DNA of 64,000 bases from Octopus sinensis (GCF_006345805.1 NC_043001.1:70556001-70620000), one strand, 5' to 3'. Shown: positions 25,237 through 39,087, counted from the first letter of the stretch. The notes: generated from the letters alone by a model not told the origin. Program-made: numbers and translations.

Positions 25237-25444
25237 CAGTGGTTCTCAAATAATTTTGCTTATGGACCCCTTTCATTCCTATTTTATTCGATATCAAAAA
25301 TTCCTATTGAATCTTTATGATTAAATATCATTAGGAATTTTATTAAAAAATGTTAAGATATTTCGTGAAATAGATGTATGAAAAATTTATTGCACATAAA
25401 TTTTAACAACAAAATCTTATATGAACTCCTGTTGAGATCCACTG
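25237..25444. mobile_element. hAT-type MITE (208 bp)
   Basis: Terminal inverted repeat CAGTGGTTCTCAA / TTGAGATCCACTG; perfect 8-bp target-site duplication ATTTACAT at 25229-25236 and 25445-25452. Confidence 0.92.
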
Positions 25445-25544
25445 ATTTACATAATCACCTATAATTGCTTCCAGTTGTTTCTGCTATAAGGAGTTATGTA
25501 TCCAGATTTGAATGACAGTGCGGCATTTTACAATTTTATGAGAG

Positions 25545-25627
25545 ATTTCAGACAAGGGCAAAAATTCAAAGTTAAATCCAACTTCACTTGGCCCTCTGAA
25601 AACTTCATTTATATAATCTGATGCTCA
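25545..25627 (+). repeat. 83-bp inverted copy of PLE coding segment 25958-26040
   Basis: Reverse complement with about 1 mismatch. Confidence 0.92.
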
Positions 25628-26272
25628 TTAAAGTGGAAGTAAATCTGTAATTTTTTATATTGGTCTACATTTGATTCTTACAATAGTTGGAGTAAATTTT
25701 TAATTTTCAATGTAGGTTTATATTTAACTCCGGCTTATATTTTTCGATAAATGAGGCCTCTTTACTTTGTCGTACATGTGTTGATATCCAAATAGCAAAT
25801 CGATATAATGGAAAGACTAAGAATTGTGGTTTCCGTTGTTCTGCACATTTATCAATGTGTTCACTGAGATCTATCTGGCGATATTATGTTGTCTATGCAC
25901 CGTACATCTTTGTCTGATCGACATACCTGCCGACCCTATATAGTTTTCATGAGAACCTGAGCATCAGATTATATAAATAAAGTTTTCAGAGGGCCAAGTG
26001 AAGTTGGATTTAACTTTGAATTTTTGCCCTTGTCTGAAATGTAGTTCTGATCCTTCCAAATGATTGAGAAATGTTCCGCAGTTAGGATGACCACTCTTCT
26101 TTTACTCTTGCGTCCGTTATTCTTGAAAATAATTTAGCATTTGTGACGATCTTCTTTAATGTCTTTGGCTGTTTGCTGTTTTTAATGATTTTATGGGTAC
26201 TCAGAATTTCCTTTAGTTTGGGGTCCTTATAGACTATTGGGAGATTTTGGACAATGCTGTTAAATGCTTCTT
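25628..26272 (-). mobile_element. Penelope-like element remnant (RT-EN linker plus GIY-YIG endonuclease)
   Basis: EAFNSIVQNLP..KQPKTLKKI; FKVKSNFTWPSENFIYII*CSGSHENYIGS; SEHIDKCA..FLVFPLY..FIEKYKPELN. Confidence 0.85.
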
Positions 26273-28059
26273 TATGTATATATGTATGTATGTGTGTATG
26301 TATGTATGTATGCATGCATGTATGTATGCATGAATATACCTTCTAAAAAATCTGCCACAAAGTTAAAACGGTTTTCGTATGTTTCAATGCTTAAATTGTG
26401 CTATTTGCTCCTACATGGATATTCAAATACCGACAGTTGATTTCACATAGATTCCTAAATATAGCCATATCTGATATATTCTATTAAGTTATGGTTAGCA
26501 AATTTTGTCGATAATAGGAATATCGGCAAATGTTATTTCTCCACCGATAATAGGAATACTAGAAATCAAACTTTCCATATAAAAATGTACGTGGGAAGAA
26601 GAAATTTTGGCGTATTTCAATAAAAACTTTATGGAAATACAAGAAAATATATTCAAGAAGACTTTTTACAGACTAGGATCTGGATAAATAAAAAAGCTGA
26701 AATTTGCTGTCGTATGTTTGCATGATGTTAAATCACCGAATGCAAAAAGTTTAGTATGGAAGCTACCCAGACTCCAGTCCTAGAGTCCATAAAGATTGTT
26801 TATGTTATATACAAGATGTGTTTGTCAAAAGAAAATGTTCGAATTTTTATTAAGTGACAGGAGGGAAATGCAAAAGATCCACGTTGACTGTTATAATCGG
26901 CAACAAAAAGAGCTCAGCCAAAAATGTGGAATGACATTGGCATCAAGATATCAGATTGGGCCTCAGAGTCGCCTACACTCGTACGATGAAATGAATTTGA
27001 ACAGAAAATGGTGAATTATTTTCAGTCATCACCATGCAATATAGATTACGTGTTCGGGTTTACTTTTCTATGTGTCAGCTATTCAACAAGACAATTCACA
27101 CGCAAACCCCCTACACATCCCACATACACACCCACACGGGCACACACACGCAGAAAGTCACACACTCATACACTCACACAGACATGCACACGCATGTATA
27201 CGTATCTAAATGGATAGATGATGAAGGAAAAGAGTAGGAGGAGGGAGATGGGAGGAAGTACAGGAGGAATAGGGGAGGAGGTAGAGGAGGGGTGGTGGTA
27301 GAGGAGGGGGATGGTGGGAGAGGAGGGGGATGGTGGGAGAGGATGGTGGTAATAATGATGTAGATAAGTATGATAATGATGCGTATGTATGTCACTGAAC
27401 ATTAAACAAATTATGTACGCAAATATTTAAATTGCTAATAAACTGTCATATTCTACCGTGCTGATTCCTGTAATATCGTGCTGATATTACATAAATCGTA
27501 GACTGAAAGCACATATTTATAATACCCAAGATCTGTCAAAATGAAAAAAAAAATCACTCTTAAATCAACGCGCTATGCAGCGACTGGACTTCCAGTGTAC
27601 TTGTAATCTACATTATCACCATAAATCTGCACATGATGGAGCGAAGGAAGTTTCCGTCCACATGATTTACAAGTTCACCAATGAATTGTTAAGCTTTTAA
27701 CAAACTAATAGAGAGGCTTATTGAACATTCACTATGCCTCGAATGTCACAAGCGTATAAAAACAAGAAAAAAATTGTAACTCAAGATAACCCTCCTTGAA
27801 AACGGATGAATATTGTATTGTTGAGACGCGTGCTATCGACCGTAAAATGTTGCGTTGTTGCAGATATGTATTGCTTCTGCAGATATGAATGAAAGCACAA
27901 CTGAATTACAGTCAACCGGGGACTATTTGATCGTTAGAATACTGATGAAGGCTTTCTGTTGGGTGCCATAAAAACTGAAGAAAACGGGTTAATGACGTTG
28001 AAACAAAAATACATATACACTTGTTGCAGTAGGTAGGATTACCACCGCTGTGACTGAAA

Positions 28060-28290
28060 ATTGAACGTTAGCGTCATTCAAATGCAAAGGTATTGTACTA
28101 CATTGTCGTTTTTATGTTGGAAGTCTGTTCCATTAATGCGGTGTCTACATGAATGTCTCTTAGTGTTTGAACGACGGTGTGTGTGCATAGGAAGAAGACG
28201 CTTGGGACATGAACAAAATCTGGAGGTTGCATCAGGACAACGTATTTACACATGCATCCCTCCTTCATCACTGTTTGAGAAAGCACACTA
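28060..28290 (+). mobile_element. Mariner transposase fragment (catalytic region)
   Basis: NKIWRLHQDNVFTHASLL resembles the mariner W.LHQDNAPAH motif. Confidence 0.55.
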
Positions 28291-29242
28291 AAGCTGGCCT
28301 ATTCTGGTAGCCTTTTCTAGTTTTTGTTCCTAGATTTGTAATCCACTCCGAGAAATTAATGGATTTTGAGTAACAAGAAGGAAAATTGACCATCTGAGTT
28401 GTAAACTAGGTATAAAATCGCCTTCATTCCCATAGACATTCCAAAATTGTAACGAAGGCTGATGGTAGTGTAGCAACAGGGAGAGGGACAATTTAAGAGG
28501 GAGCAGAAAAGTAGTCATATCGTAAGTAAAGTAAAATAAAATATCATTTCCTCTGAAAGAAAGTTCGTTTTCATTTTGAGTAGACAGCGTACACTGCAAC
28601 TTGGAACCTGAATGCGTGTAATTATATTTGAGAAAGAAAAGATTCATAGAAGATATGGCATGCTATAATGTCATCGAAGACGAATTAATTTGTTAAAATG
28701 AGTAGGCTTTTCTGTAGAGACACACTAGCACTTGCTAATGGATTGTTGATTTCATTAGTTAGCTGCTGAAGATATGGTCGCTATTTTGATGGATCGTTTC
28801 TATAGTCCATCTCATGCATGGAAGACATGGAGGCAATTTCCAGCTTTTTAGAAATAAGCCGCAAGTAAAGCAGAGGTGAAATTAAAGTGACTCAAGGAGG
28901 CGGCAAATTTCTTACAGTAATTTCAGAGGACATTAGCAGGGATTTGATCTTCACATAGATATGTCAAGTTCTAGTTGCCGCCATATCTATACAGTTTTAT
29001 GTTAAAGAATATGCTGTGTTGCAGTTCATCACATTATAGCCTGGTGTTTATTGGTTTGCTATCACCGATTGGTAAATGGGTTTTGCTGTGAATTTCTGAG
29101 AAAAGGATATTGCTTGTGTCATTTTGTTCATCAGTGAAGAAATTTCTTTTAAACAGGTAATGTTCAAGTGTCATTACAACTGGCATTTAAAAATATTTCA
29201 CAATAGTTGGCCCTTTCTGCTGTAGATGTATTGATGCAATTG

Positions 29243-29248
29243 TCAATT

Positions 29249-29338
<90 letters not shown>

Positions 29339-29395
29339 GTCATCATCATCATTATTATTATCGTTATCGTTATTATTATTATTATTATCGTTATC

Positions 29396-29437
<42 letters not shown>

Positions 29438-29508
29438 GTTGTTGTTGTTGTTATTATTATTATTATCATTGTTATTGTTATTGTTATTGTTATTATTATT
29501 ATTATTAA

Positions 29509-29575
<67 letters not shown>
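29243..29575. repeat. (ATC)n/(ATT)n microsatellite at the 3' end of a Dong-like element
   Basis: Direct reading. Confidence 0.95.
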
Positions 29576-29578
<3 letters not shown>

Positions 29579-30389
29579 TAGTTTATTTTTATAGCGTGCT
29601 TTCACTTCACTACCGAGCGCAGCACTGTGTGCCTTGGGTATGTGCTGTGATTTGTTGTGATGCTCTGATGGTTATTGTATGGAAAGTGTTCTGCGTATGA
29701 TGTGTGCAGTGCCTAGTAGTGCAATTTTCTGTATGTTATATGTGTTTGTAAGTCCTGGTGTTTTTGTTATGTATTTGTCTGAATATGTTTTTTATCATGC
29801 CTAATGCACCTACTATGATAGGAATTGTTTCTGTTTTCAGATTCCACATTCTAGTTACCTCTATTTCCAGGTCTTTGTATTTTGAGAGTTTCTCCATTTC
29901 TTTTAGAGACACGTTGTCATCAGCCGGTATTGATACATCAATTAGAAAGCATTTTTTTCTTCATGATCTCTGACAACTATATCTGGTCTGTTGGCCTTAA
30001 TTTCTCTATCTGTGTGTATCGGCATATCCCAGAGTATGGTTGCTTTCTCGTTTTCTGTCACCTTTTCTGGTGTGTACCTATACCATCTTTTTTCTGTTGT
30101 TATTCCATAATGTTGGCATAGCTTCCAATGTATGTAGGTTCCAACTCTGTCATGTCTGTGAATATATTCCTTCTTAGCCAGGACTGGGCAGCTAGAGATA
30201 ATATGATTTATTGTTTCTTGTCCATCTCCGCATATTCTGCAGTTAATTGTAATATTTCTTTTCATTACATGTTTTTGGTAATTTCTGGTGGGGAGGCTTT
30301 GGTCTTGTGCTGCAATTAAAAATCCCTCTGTTTCTGCTTTTGAGTCCTGAGCTTCTCAACCATTGCTGGGATTTTTCTTTGTCTATTTC

Positions 30390-30391
<2 letters not shown>
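29576..30391 (-). mobile_element. 5'-truncated R4/Dong-like LINE (CCHC finger plus REL endonuclease), bounded by (TAA)n on both sides
   Basis: ORF 29942-30265: CRICGDGQETINHIISSCPVLAKKEYIHRHDRV..WDMPIHTDREIKANRPDIVV. Confidence 0.9.
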
Positions 30392-30423
<32 letters not shown>

Positions 30424-30487
30424 TATTATTATATTATTATTATTATTATTATTATTATATTATTATTATTATTATTATTATTATTAT

Positions 30488-32455
30488 CATTGTCTTTGCA
30501 CGGCTTCTAACGCTGGAGATGTACTACAGCCTCAGCTGTTCACTAGCAGTTAACTAAGGTAACACCTCTTATTTTGCGAGCACCTTCTGGATTATTCGAG
30601 CTGTTCCAAGCAGTGCTGTTTCCACCTTATTGCAGCCCCTATTTGTTGTACGTACTTCTCGAGATATTTTGCTCACTTTTCCCAGGGCTCCGACAATTAT
30701 TGGTACTACCGCTACCTTCTTCATCGACCACAACTGCTTAACTTCCCAAGCTAAAATGTCATATCTCCCGAATTTTTTTCTTCCTTATCACATACTCTGC
30801 TGTCAGCTGCGCATGCTATATCTATGATCCAGCATAGTTTGTTTTCATTCTCAATAAAGATTATGGTTGGCTTCCTGTTCTCTATCTCATGGTCGCACTG
30901 AATCATAAAATTCCATAGGATCTTTGCATTTCTATTTTCGAAGATGCCTTCAGTTTTGTGGTCGAGACAATTCGTTGTCCGTCAAGTCCATACTTGTTGC
31001 AATGTGTCCAATGGACAAGCCTTGCTATATTGACGTGGCGTCTCTTATATTCCTTCTGGGCTAGTGGCGTACATTGGCTGGTAATATGCCTTACAGTTTC
31101 ACCATTTTGTCCACGGATTCTGCCCTTACGACTTTCTGATGTGTTGTTTATTCTGTATTTTATGTAATTTGTTTTTAGTGCTTGCTCTTGAGCAACACTA
31201 AGATTAGAGTCTTCATTTCCGGATTTAAATCACTTTTAGTCATCCACAGCAATCTTTTTTCTCTGTTTGTCTTATCTTCAAAATCCCTATGAAATTGAAC
31301 AAGCACTCTTTTCTTTACCCACCTACTTTCAGTTTCATTTGTTTTCAATTTCTTGTATAGTGCTTTATCTTTGCAATATTTCATCCTACACAATCCTGAC
31401 CTTCTTACTTCTAATAATAGCGGTTCTGTGGCATTTTTTACATACCAGGCTATGTTGCTTTCTTCTGCTCTAATGTTGTGTTTGCATCCAATAAGCCCTC
31501 TTGCCCCTATTTTTCTTGGTACATACAGCCTGTCTATGTCACTTTATGGGTGTAGTTAGCAACTTCCTTGTCTTTCTGTCTAAGTGGTTTAGTTCATCTA
31601 CTGTCTGTGCGATTACACCTGCTCCATATCTAAGTAGTGAAACCGTCCAGGTGTTGATAGTCTGGATCTTATTCCTTCCGTTTAATTTCGACTTAAGGAT
31701 CAGTCTCAGTCTGCGCAGGTATTACACCTTAAATTTTTCTGTCATTTCTTTCTCCATCAATTTATCCATTTCCAAAATCCCCAAGTACTTATAGCCCGTT
31801 TCTTCTATCTGTTTCATAACGTTACCCGACGGTATCATTAGCCTGTTCATACATTTGATTTTGCCTCTCTTCAAGGCTAATACACCTCACTTTCTCAACA
31901 CGAACTCAATTCTGATATCAGCTCTGAAGTTATACAACGTATCAACGAGGGAACTGACTTGGGCTTCATCTTTACCATAAAGTTTGAGGTCGTCCATGAA
32001 TAACAAATGGTTGACTTTTTGTTGGCGGCTTTTGAATACATACCCAGCTTTTGCATTCCTCAGAATCAGTACCAGTGGTATCATACACAGTATAAAGACC
32101 AGTGGGGACAGGCAGTCCCCTTGGAAGATGCCCCTCCTAATTTCTACTCTCCCTAAACTTCTTCCGTATGATGTGAGGACCGTCCTCCAATTCGTCATAG
32201 TTTTTCCTAGCAATAGCTCAACATACCATGTAATACCAAATAGGTTGATACACGCCATAAGCTAAGAATGTGGGATCATATCATACGCCTTAAAATTGTC
32301 GGTCCATGACATGGCTAAGTTATTTTTCCTCCTCTTGCAGTCTCTACGTACAGCTTTGTCTATCAGGAGTTGATCCTTGGCAGGACTCCATTTTTTCAGA
32401 TGTTCGTATATTGACTCTGCGAGTATTCCAGTCAATAACGTCCACATAAGTGGCA
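30488..32455 (-). mobile_element. Second, different R4/Dong-like LINE (RT to 3' end), decayed; its tail runs into (TAA)n at 30392-30487
   Basis: ORF 31887-32258: RRGIFQGDCLSPLVF...NHLLFMDDLKLYGK; REL region LCWIIDIAC near 30830. Confidence 0.9.
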
Positions 32456-32901
32456 AAAAGAGAAATAAGTTGTAGACTTCAAGTGTTGCCTTCCAAGTTT
32501 CATGTTATTTTGTCCAGTGTTGGACAGGATAACATAAATCTTGGAAGGCAACACTTGAAGTATATGACTTGTTTCCCTTTCCTATACCTAATCCATTTTG
32601 CTAAATTTTACACTTTTCACACGTTAAGTCTTGCTCCTATTCTTCTTATGCCCTTTTCAATTAGAAAAATATACTGTACCTATTAGTAACTGACTCTTGT
32701 ATGTATCGGGTCTCCTAAACATTTAGACCCTCTGATGAACATCCAAAATCCAAACTCAATCTACTCATCCCTACAGAACACTGAAGAGATGGAGCTAGCA
32801 TGGAGGATATCGTGGCCTCTTGGCAGAAACAGTCGTAAGGAACTGAACTTTTGGGTATAAATAATTGGGCACACTACCAGCAGTATATTGGATATATATA
32901 T

Positions 32902-32953
<52 letters not shown>

Positions 32954-32955
<2 letters not shown>

Positions 32956-33038
32956 ACGTTCTCAATTCCCGAGCGTTATACTAATGCATTTGTTTGTTTT
33001 CTACACCAGCTGTCTTCGTCTTTTGTTTTTTTCGTGAA
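32954..33038 (+). mobile_element. Fragment of the 8010/34583 repeat family
   Basis: ttcccgagcgttatactaatgcatttgtttg...gtcttcgtcttttg. Confidence 0.75.
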
Positions 33039-33043
33039 TATAT

Positions 33044-33074
<31 letters not shown>

Positions 33075-33104
33075 CTACATGCATGTATGTATTTATGAAT
33101 ATAT

Positions 33105-33225
33105 GAAACTGGAACTCGGTTACTATAAAGAGGCTTTCACTTAATCCGATCAATGGAACAGCGTGCATAGGAACTTAACGGGGAAGCACTCTACAGATAG
33201 GCGTTCCGTTAACGAGATCTTCAAC
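33105..33225 (-). mobile_element. Diverged SINE tail fragment
   Basis: atccgatcaatggaacagc.. resembles a tail I recall for SINE family B relatives; single copy here. Confidence 0.4.
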
Positions 33226-34251
33226 ATGATACAAAATTTCACCAGCCTAGCACTTTGAAATACAGGTAATAATCATATTTGGCAGGTTCATTAAATTTAT
33301 TTTCATCCTCAGTTTATATAACTCGCAGCAACTGTTGGAATAAGTCCGTATTACTACAAACTCTCCGTACACTTGTATATATTCTATTTATTGAAAGTTT
33401 GAATAAATATTTTTCTCTGTTATGTTAACACAGTCTTTATAAGTAGCATATTATTTTATAACATTTGAGAAAAGAACATCTGAATACATGAAAAATGAAA
33501 CTGAGTTACTTTCTTACTATATTCGATATTTCTTACACTTAGATTAGAATGACATACCTAATTTTGACTGAGTAAATAATTATAAATCATTGATAAATAA
33601 ATATTATCTTTATCAATGTATCTTATCTAACGAAAGGCTAATTAGAGAGAGCTCCTTTCTCACTAATTTGTCCCCGGTGCATTAATTAAAACCAAGTGTA
33701 CGAGTGTATAAGTCATGAAATAGCTAATGAGCAGAGTGAATATGACGAAACATAATTAACTTTTAAATTTAAATATTTCTCATTTCAAGTCTCAAATATA
33801 TTAATCCATATAGAAACTAAATAATAATACCAAACTGGACAAGGTTTTTATATTTGTTGAAACTATATTAGTTAAAATATATACTATATATTAATATAGA
33901 TTATTACTATATCAGATATGTTTTCAAAGCTTCCTTGCCAGTGATAAGTACTCAGGCAAATTGAGGATGGCATAACATTACCTATTCTCTTAGAGAGTCA
34001 TGTAGTGATTCTCCAAGTTTTTTGACTATACCAATATTAAAATTCATATAAGTTACGTTACCATTTGAGTTGTTGAGCAGCTGCTTTAACACCTAGTCGT
34101 AATGGTAAAAGTACTGTATCAGGCAGCCTCTACCTGGTTGAAAACTGTGCCGTGTGTCAGTCAGCAAGCTATTCTGTTCAAGGAATGCAATTAGTTTCCT
34201 TCGAACTATTCGCTCCATGAGTTTCCTCATGTACTAACCTCACTTTGATAT

Positions 34252-34297
34252 TTCCCGCTGACGACGGCTAAAGAGCTAGAAACGTTGCGTCTGGGAA
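34252..34297 (+). ncRNA. Type I hammerhead ribozyme motif, canonical core
   Basis: TTCCCG-CTGACGA-C GGCT AAAG AGCT A-GAAA-CG TTG CG-TC-TGGGAA; GUC triplet; predicted cleavage after 34291. Confidence 0.75.
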
Positions 34298-34582
34298 TCC
34301 GATGGAGGGTTACACTGGGAAAATATGGTGTTTTTGCACTTGTTACCATATGAGATAATTTTTTCTTCATGGTAACTGCAGTAAATTCCTTTAGAATTAG
34401 GGATGTGTCAAAATCATTTTAACTACCCCAAACTTCACTTATGAATTAGCATCTGGCGCTGATACTGCTGAATATATATTAAATTTTACATATACATACA
34501 TGCATACATACATACACACACATAAATACACACACACACATAAACATACACATACACACAAATATATATATTCATATGTATA

Positions 34583-34924
<342 letters not shown>

Positions 34925-35989
34925 ATATATATATGAATACATACATATACATATATGTATATATATATATATTTGCATATATATATATACATAAAAATAC
35001 ATATATATGTGTGTATGTTTATGTTTATGTGTGTGTATGTATTATGTGTGTATATATTTATGTATGCATGTATGTATATGTAAAATTTAATACGTTATAT
35101 AACAAGATGGCGTTGCATTAAGGGCACCAGGTTTTCAGAATCATTTATTATAAATATTAGAATAAATGAGTAATAATTGTCCTATTATATGTTCAAGTCT
35201 TAATGCGGCCGAGACTTGGATCCATCCTTCCAAAGCTGATGCAATACACGAACAATCGTTCCCGGGGAACAATGAAACAAAAAGTATTGAGGGCAATTCC
35301 GTTGACTATCCTAAACGGTATTCAAGAAACTTCTTCGAACAACTGTCATTAGGTCCGAGAATTCCAAACGAATTTTTGCAGCATTGACTCCATTTGAAGA
35401 GCAAAGCAGGGAAGTGTGCTCACCCTAACAGAGAATATTTTGTAGAGAGAAGCGGCACCAAGTGTCATTTAGTTTGGAAGATATGTTCGACGCAGTTATA
35501 CGTTTTACTCGGCTTAGAAACAATGAGGCCCCAATGAAAACCTGCAAAATATGAAACAAAAACATTTGATATCGTCTTTAAATATGTGTGAGATGATTTT
35601 TGTTCAACAACTTTATCAGTCATATTATATTTTAAATTCTAACGTTTCTGGAAGTGATTTTACCCAAATACATGTTTGAATATTTTCCTTTTGCCAATGT
35701 GTCTTTAACTTTCTGCCGCTGAAATGATATTCAAACATATAAATGCAAGAAGACTTCCGCCAATTTCAGATATGAATATATCAGGAAATGTTTCAGCTGG
35801 TTAACAGAATGGGATTATCTATAAAGAATTCGAACGTAGATTTTAAAATGTAATCTTCACATGCTGAGGTTATCTCTACAGATTTTCTATAGCTATTATA
35901 ACCTGTACAGATCTTGTTACGACGTTGCGTATCTGAGGCGGCTGACGTGAACAACAATGAGATTGAATGTGGAAAATGGAAGTTAATAG

Positions 35990-36397
35990 GCGTATATGAC
36001 ATATTTCAGGAGATTTTTCTCCTTCATCAGCACCCATTCAAACCATTAATCATCAACGATCTAATTGCTTAAATAGCCACTAAATATAGCAGTGTAACGT
36101 TACTTGATAAAACAACTTTACATGTTAAACACATTCTTGGAAGCTGGTATATAGATATAAATGTTTTGTAAAGTATGGTATTTTGTTATGCCAACAGAAT
36201 ATACTACAAAGTATATTAAATGGTTTTATAAGTCAATACCGTGTTTTGCTGTGTTAGCAGCAGTGCTATTACACCACTTGTTAAAGTTATCTTTACAGAT
36301 TTTCAATAGAAATTATAGCCAATGAGTTCGTGAATGATTAATGTGTTGGGTGGGTGCTGATGAAGGGACAAAAACTCCTTAAATATGACAAATACGC
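35990..36397. repeat. Imperfect ~70-bp inverted repeat (35990-36059 / 36328-36397); each arm has an HHR-core-like motif
   Basis: - strand CTGATGA-AGGAGA AAAA TCTCCT-GAAA-TATG-TC; helix I not evident. Confidence 0.6.
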
Positions 36398-36999
36398 ACA
36401 TTATCCATTTTTCATCTTCGTTCTCTAAGGAATGCAAAAATTACGCAAAACAAATATGAAACTCTACAAATGGTCACGAATTTAAAAACGTCGTCGTGAT
36501 GGACAAGTTTCAAAAAGCGAAAAGAAAAAAATAAGTACAGTATTGAACACCTCCAATCGACGTGCATCACCACGAAATTGGCTGGAGTAAAATATCAGTA
36601 GTCTCAGAAATTTACTAAAACAAGGCCATTCATTGATTACAATAGTGCTTCTTTCCAACACTTGTCTTCAGCATAACGTGACAACTTTCTATGAAATATA
36701 TTTATATTTAATATATTTATTAAATATAGATATATATTAAATATATTTACTGAAAAACTCTGAATAACATTAATGATATATATTTCGGATATTGGTTTGT
36801 GTGGCTCTCTACAGAGGGGAAACACAATATTCTAACATTTGTTAATGCCTTGAAATGAAGGAAATACACATATATAATGAAGGCTGAAATTTAAAAGTTG
36901 TAAAAGTTTAATAAACATGTTCTCAGCATAACTGTGTTGAGTAAATCTTCGGTTCAATGCTAAGTTGTTTTATATATAAATTTGCAATACCAAAAACCA

Positions 37000-37043
<44 letters not shown>

Positions 37044-37074
37044 ATCAAAATAAAAACATGATGCCAAGGATTCA

Positions 37075-37152
37075 GCGGTACATATGTTTCGGGCCTTTAT
37101 TAGACAGATTTATAACAATGCATAATGTATGTCTGTGGCCTTCTTCAGCCGC
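37075..37152 (-). ncRNA. Type I hammerhead ribozyme motif, canonical core, extended helix II
   Basis: GCGG-CTGAAGA-A GGCC [41 nt] GGCC C-GAAA-CATATG-TA-CCGC; palindromic ACATATGT; GUA triplet; predicted cleavage between 37079 and 37078. Confidence 0.75.
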
Positions 37153-38894
37153 GCACAACAGCTTCCACAAGGACATGTGTTACATCAAAAATTCTTGGTT
37201 GGGGATGCAAATCCTCTCATTCGCGTACGACATAATGCGGCGACAGCATAGAATTGAAGCGTCCATCTCTTTGTTCTCTCAATGTAAAATTAGGAAATTT
37301 GGATGTTGAAGTAATGTAAATAAATAAATACATATATAGACGTGAAGATGGAGGGGCGAGAATTCAGGACGAAGGATAAAAAATATATAAAAAGTGTAAG
37401 TATAGAAAAATATAAAAATGTAGAGTGTAAAGATATAAAGAGATATAAGGAGATATAAAGGGGATATAAAGAATATAAAAAAATATAAATGAATATAAAG
37501 GCATAAGGTTATAAAGTAAAAATAGAAATAGAAATAAAAGTAAAAAAACAAAAATAGGAATAAAAATGATAAAAATGTAAAAAAATGTAAAAAAATATAA
37601 AGATAAGGGATGTATAGAGGTTACGGACCAAACATGGTGGTCAGGAAATTGACAAAATTTAGTTGTAGAAGCTTTAGGTGTCAATAAATCAACAGGGTCG
37701 TCTGGGGACCTAGTGTATTGTAAATCAGAGCTGTTGAGCGGTTAATCTAGTTCTTTGAATTAATTGGTCATCTTGTACATACATACCATCATGGATACAT
37801 ACACCCATATACACGCGCACATATAGGCGCGCATACACGGCTCCAAGCATATAAGCATACATACGCACTCACGTGTAAACATGTACATAAACACATATAC
37901 ACCCACACACACGCGCGCATATATACATACATACAACAGAATATGCGCATATATACACGGACATTATACGTGTACACACCCATATACACATACGTACGTC
38001 CATCCTTACATACACATACACAGATGCCCATACGTCCAGGTTTAGATATAAGATATTAAAGGATGTATATAAGAACGCATGTAAAGAATCACGCACTCAC
38101 GTCTACACGTGCACGCACACACGGCTGTGTGTCCATATGTGCGTGCACATATACACTTACATACACACACAGAGACATACGCGCGTATAGGTATAGCTAT
38201 AAGATATTAAAAGATATATACAAATAGGTGTAAACATATGCATATAAGAAATCTGCGAAAACATGTAAAAAAATGTAAAGAAATACGTAAGAAATTTTAA
38301 AAAATTATTAAAGAAAATTATTAGAGATGAGTAACGAGGTATGCACGTCCAGACGTAGATGTTTACTCGTACATATGTACACATATGTATACGTATACAT
38401 ACGTACACGGACGCACGTATAATCATAAAGCGGATCCATAGGTAAGTAAATAAGGGATAAGCAAAAAAAAATAGACATATATAGAGATATAAAGCGATAA
38501 GTTAGGGGTAAGAATGAGGGTAAGAATAAAAATTAGAAATAAAAGTAAAAGTAAGAAATACAATATAAAATAAGAAATACAATATAAAAGTTAGAAATGA
38601 AATATAAAAATTATAAGAGGTATAAGAATTAAAATAAGGGATGAAAATAAAAATAAGAATAAAGGTAAAGCGAAATAGAATAGGATAAAGCAAAATAAAA
38701 ATATAATCTGGTAAAGTTTAACATGAGATGAAGGTGGTTGAAAGTTAAAGGTGTGTGCTAAAGGTGCCCACGTAGGGGCGGGCGGGGGGAACTGAAAATT
38801 GGAAGGGTGGGAAGTGGAGTTTGGCGGTGTGCGTTCAAAATATGTATATACATATATATATAATATTATATATATATATATATAATATATATAC

Positions 38895-38937
<43 letters not shown>

Positions 38938-39049
38938 TACATACATATATATAATATATATATATATTATATATATATATATATACACATATATATATAT
39001 TATATATATATATACATATATACATATATATATATACATATATATATAC

Positions 39050-39087
<38 letters not shown>

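Noticed and set aside
25545-26040. Apparent MITE defined by 83-bp inverted repeats
   Set aside because: The spacer and right arm are contiguous PLE coding sequence and there is no target-site duplication; reinterpreted as an inverted duplication.
32776-32843. CTGAAGA...GAAA-CAGTCG-TA hammerhead-like string
   Set aside because: No adjacent helix I and an unconvincing helix II; not counted.
36640-36680. - strand CTGAAGA-CAA GTG TTG-GAAA
   Set aside because: Helices I and III do not pair; likely chance.
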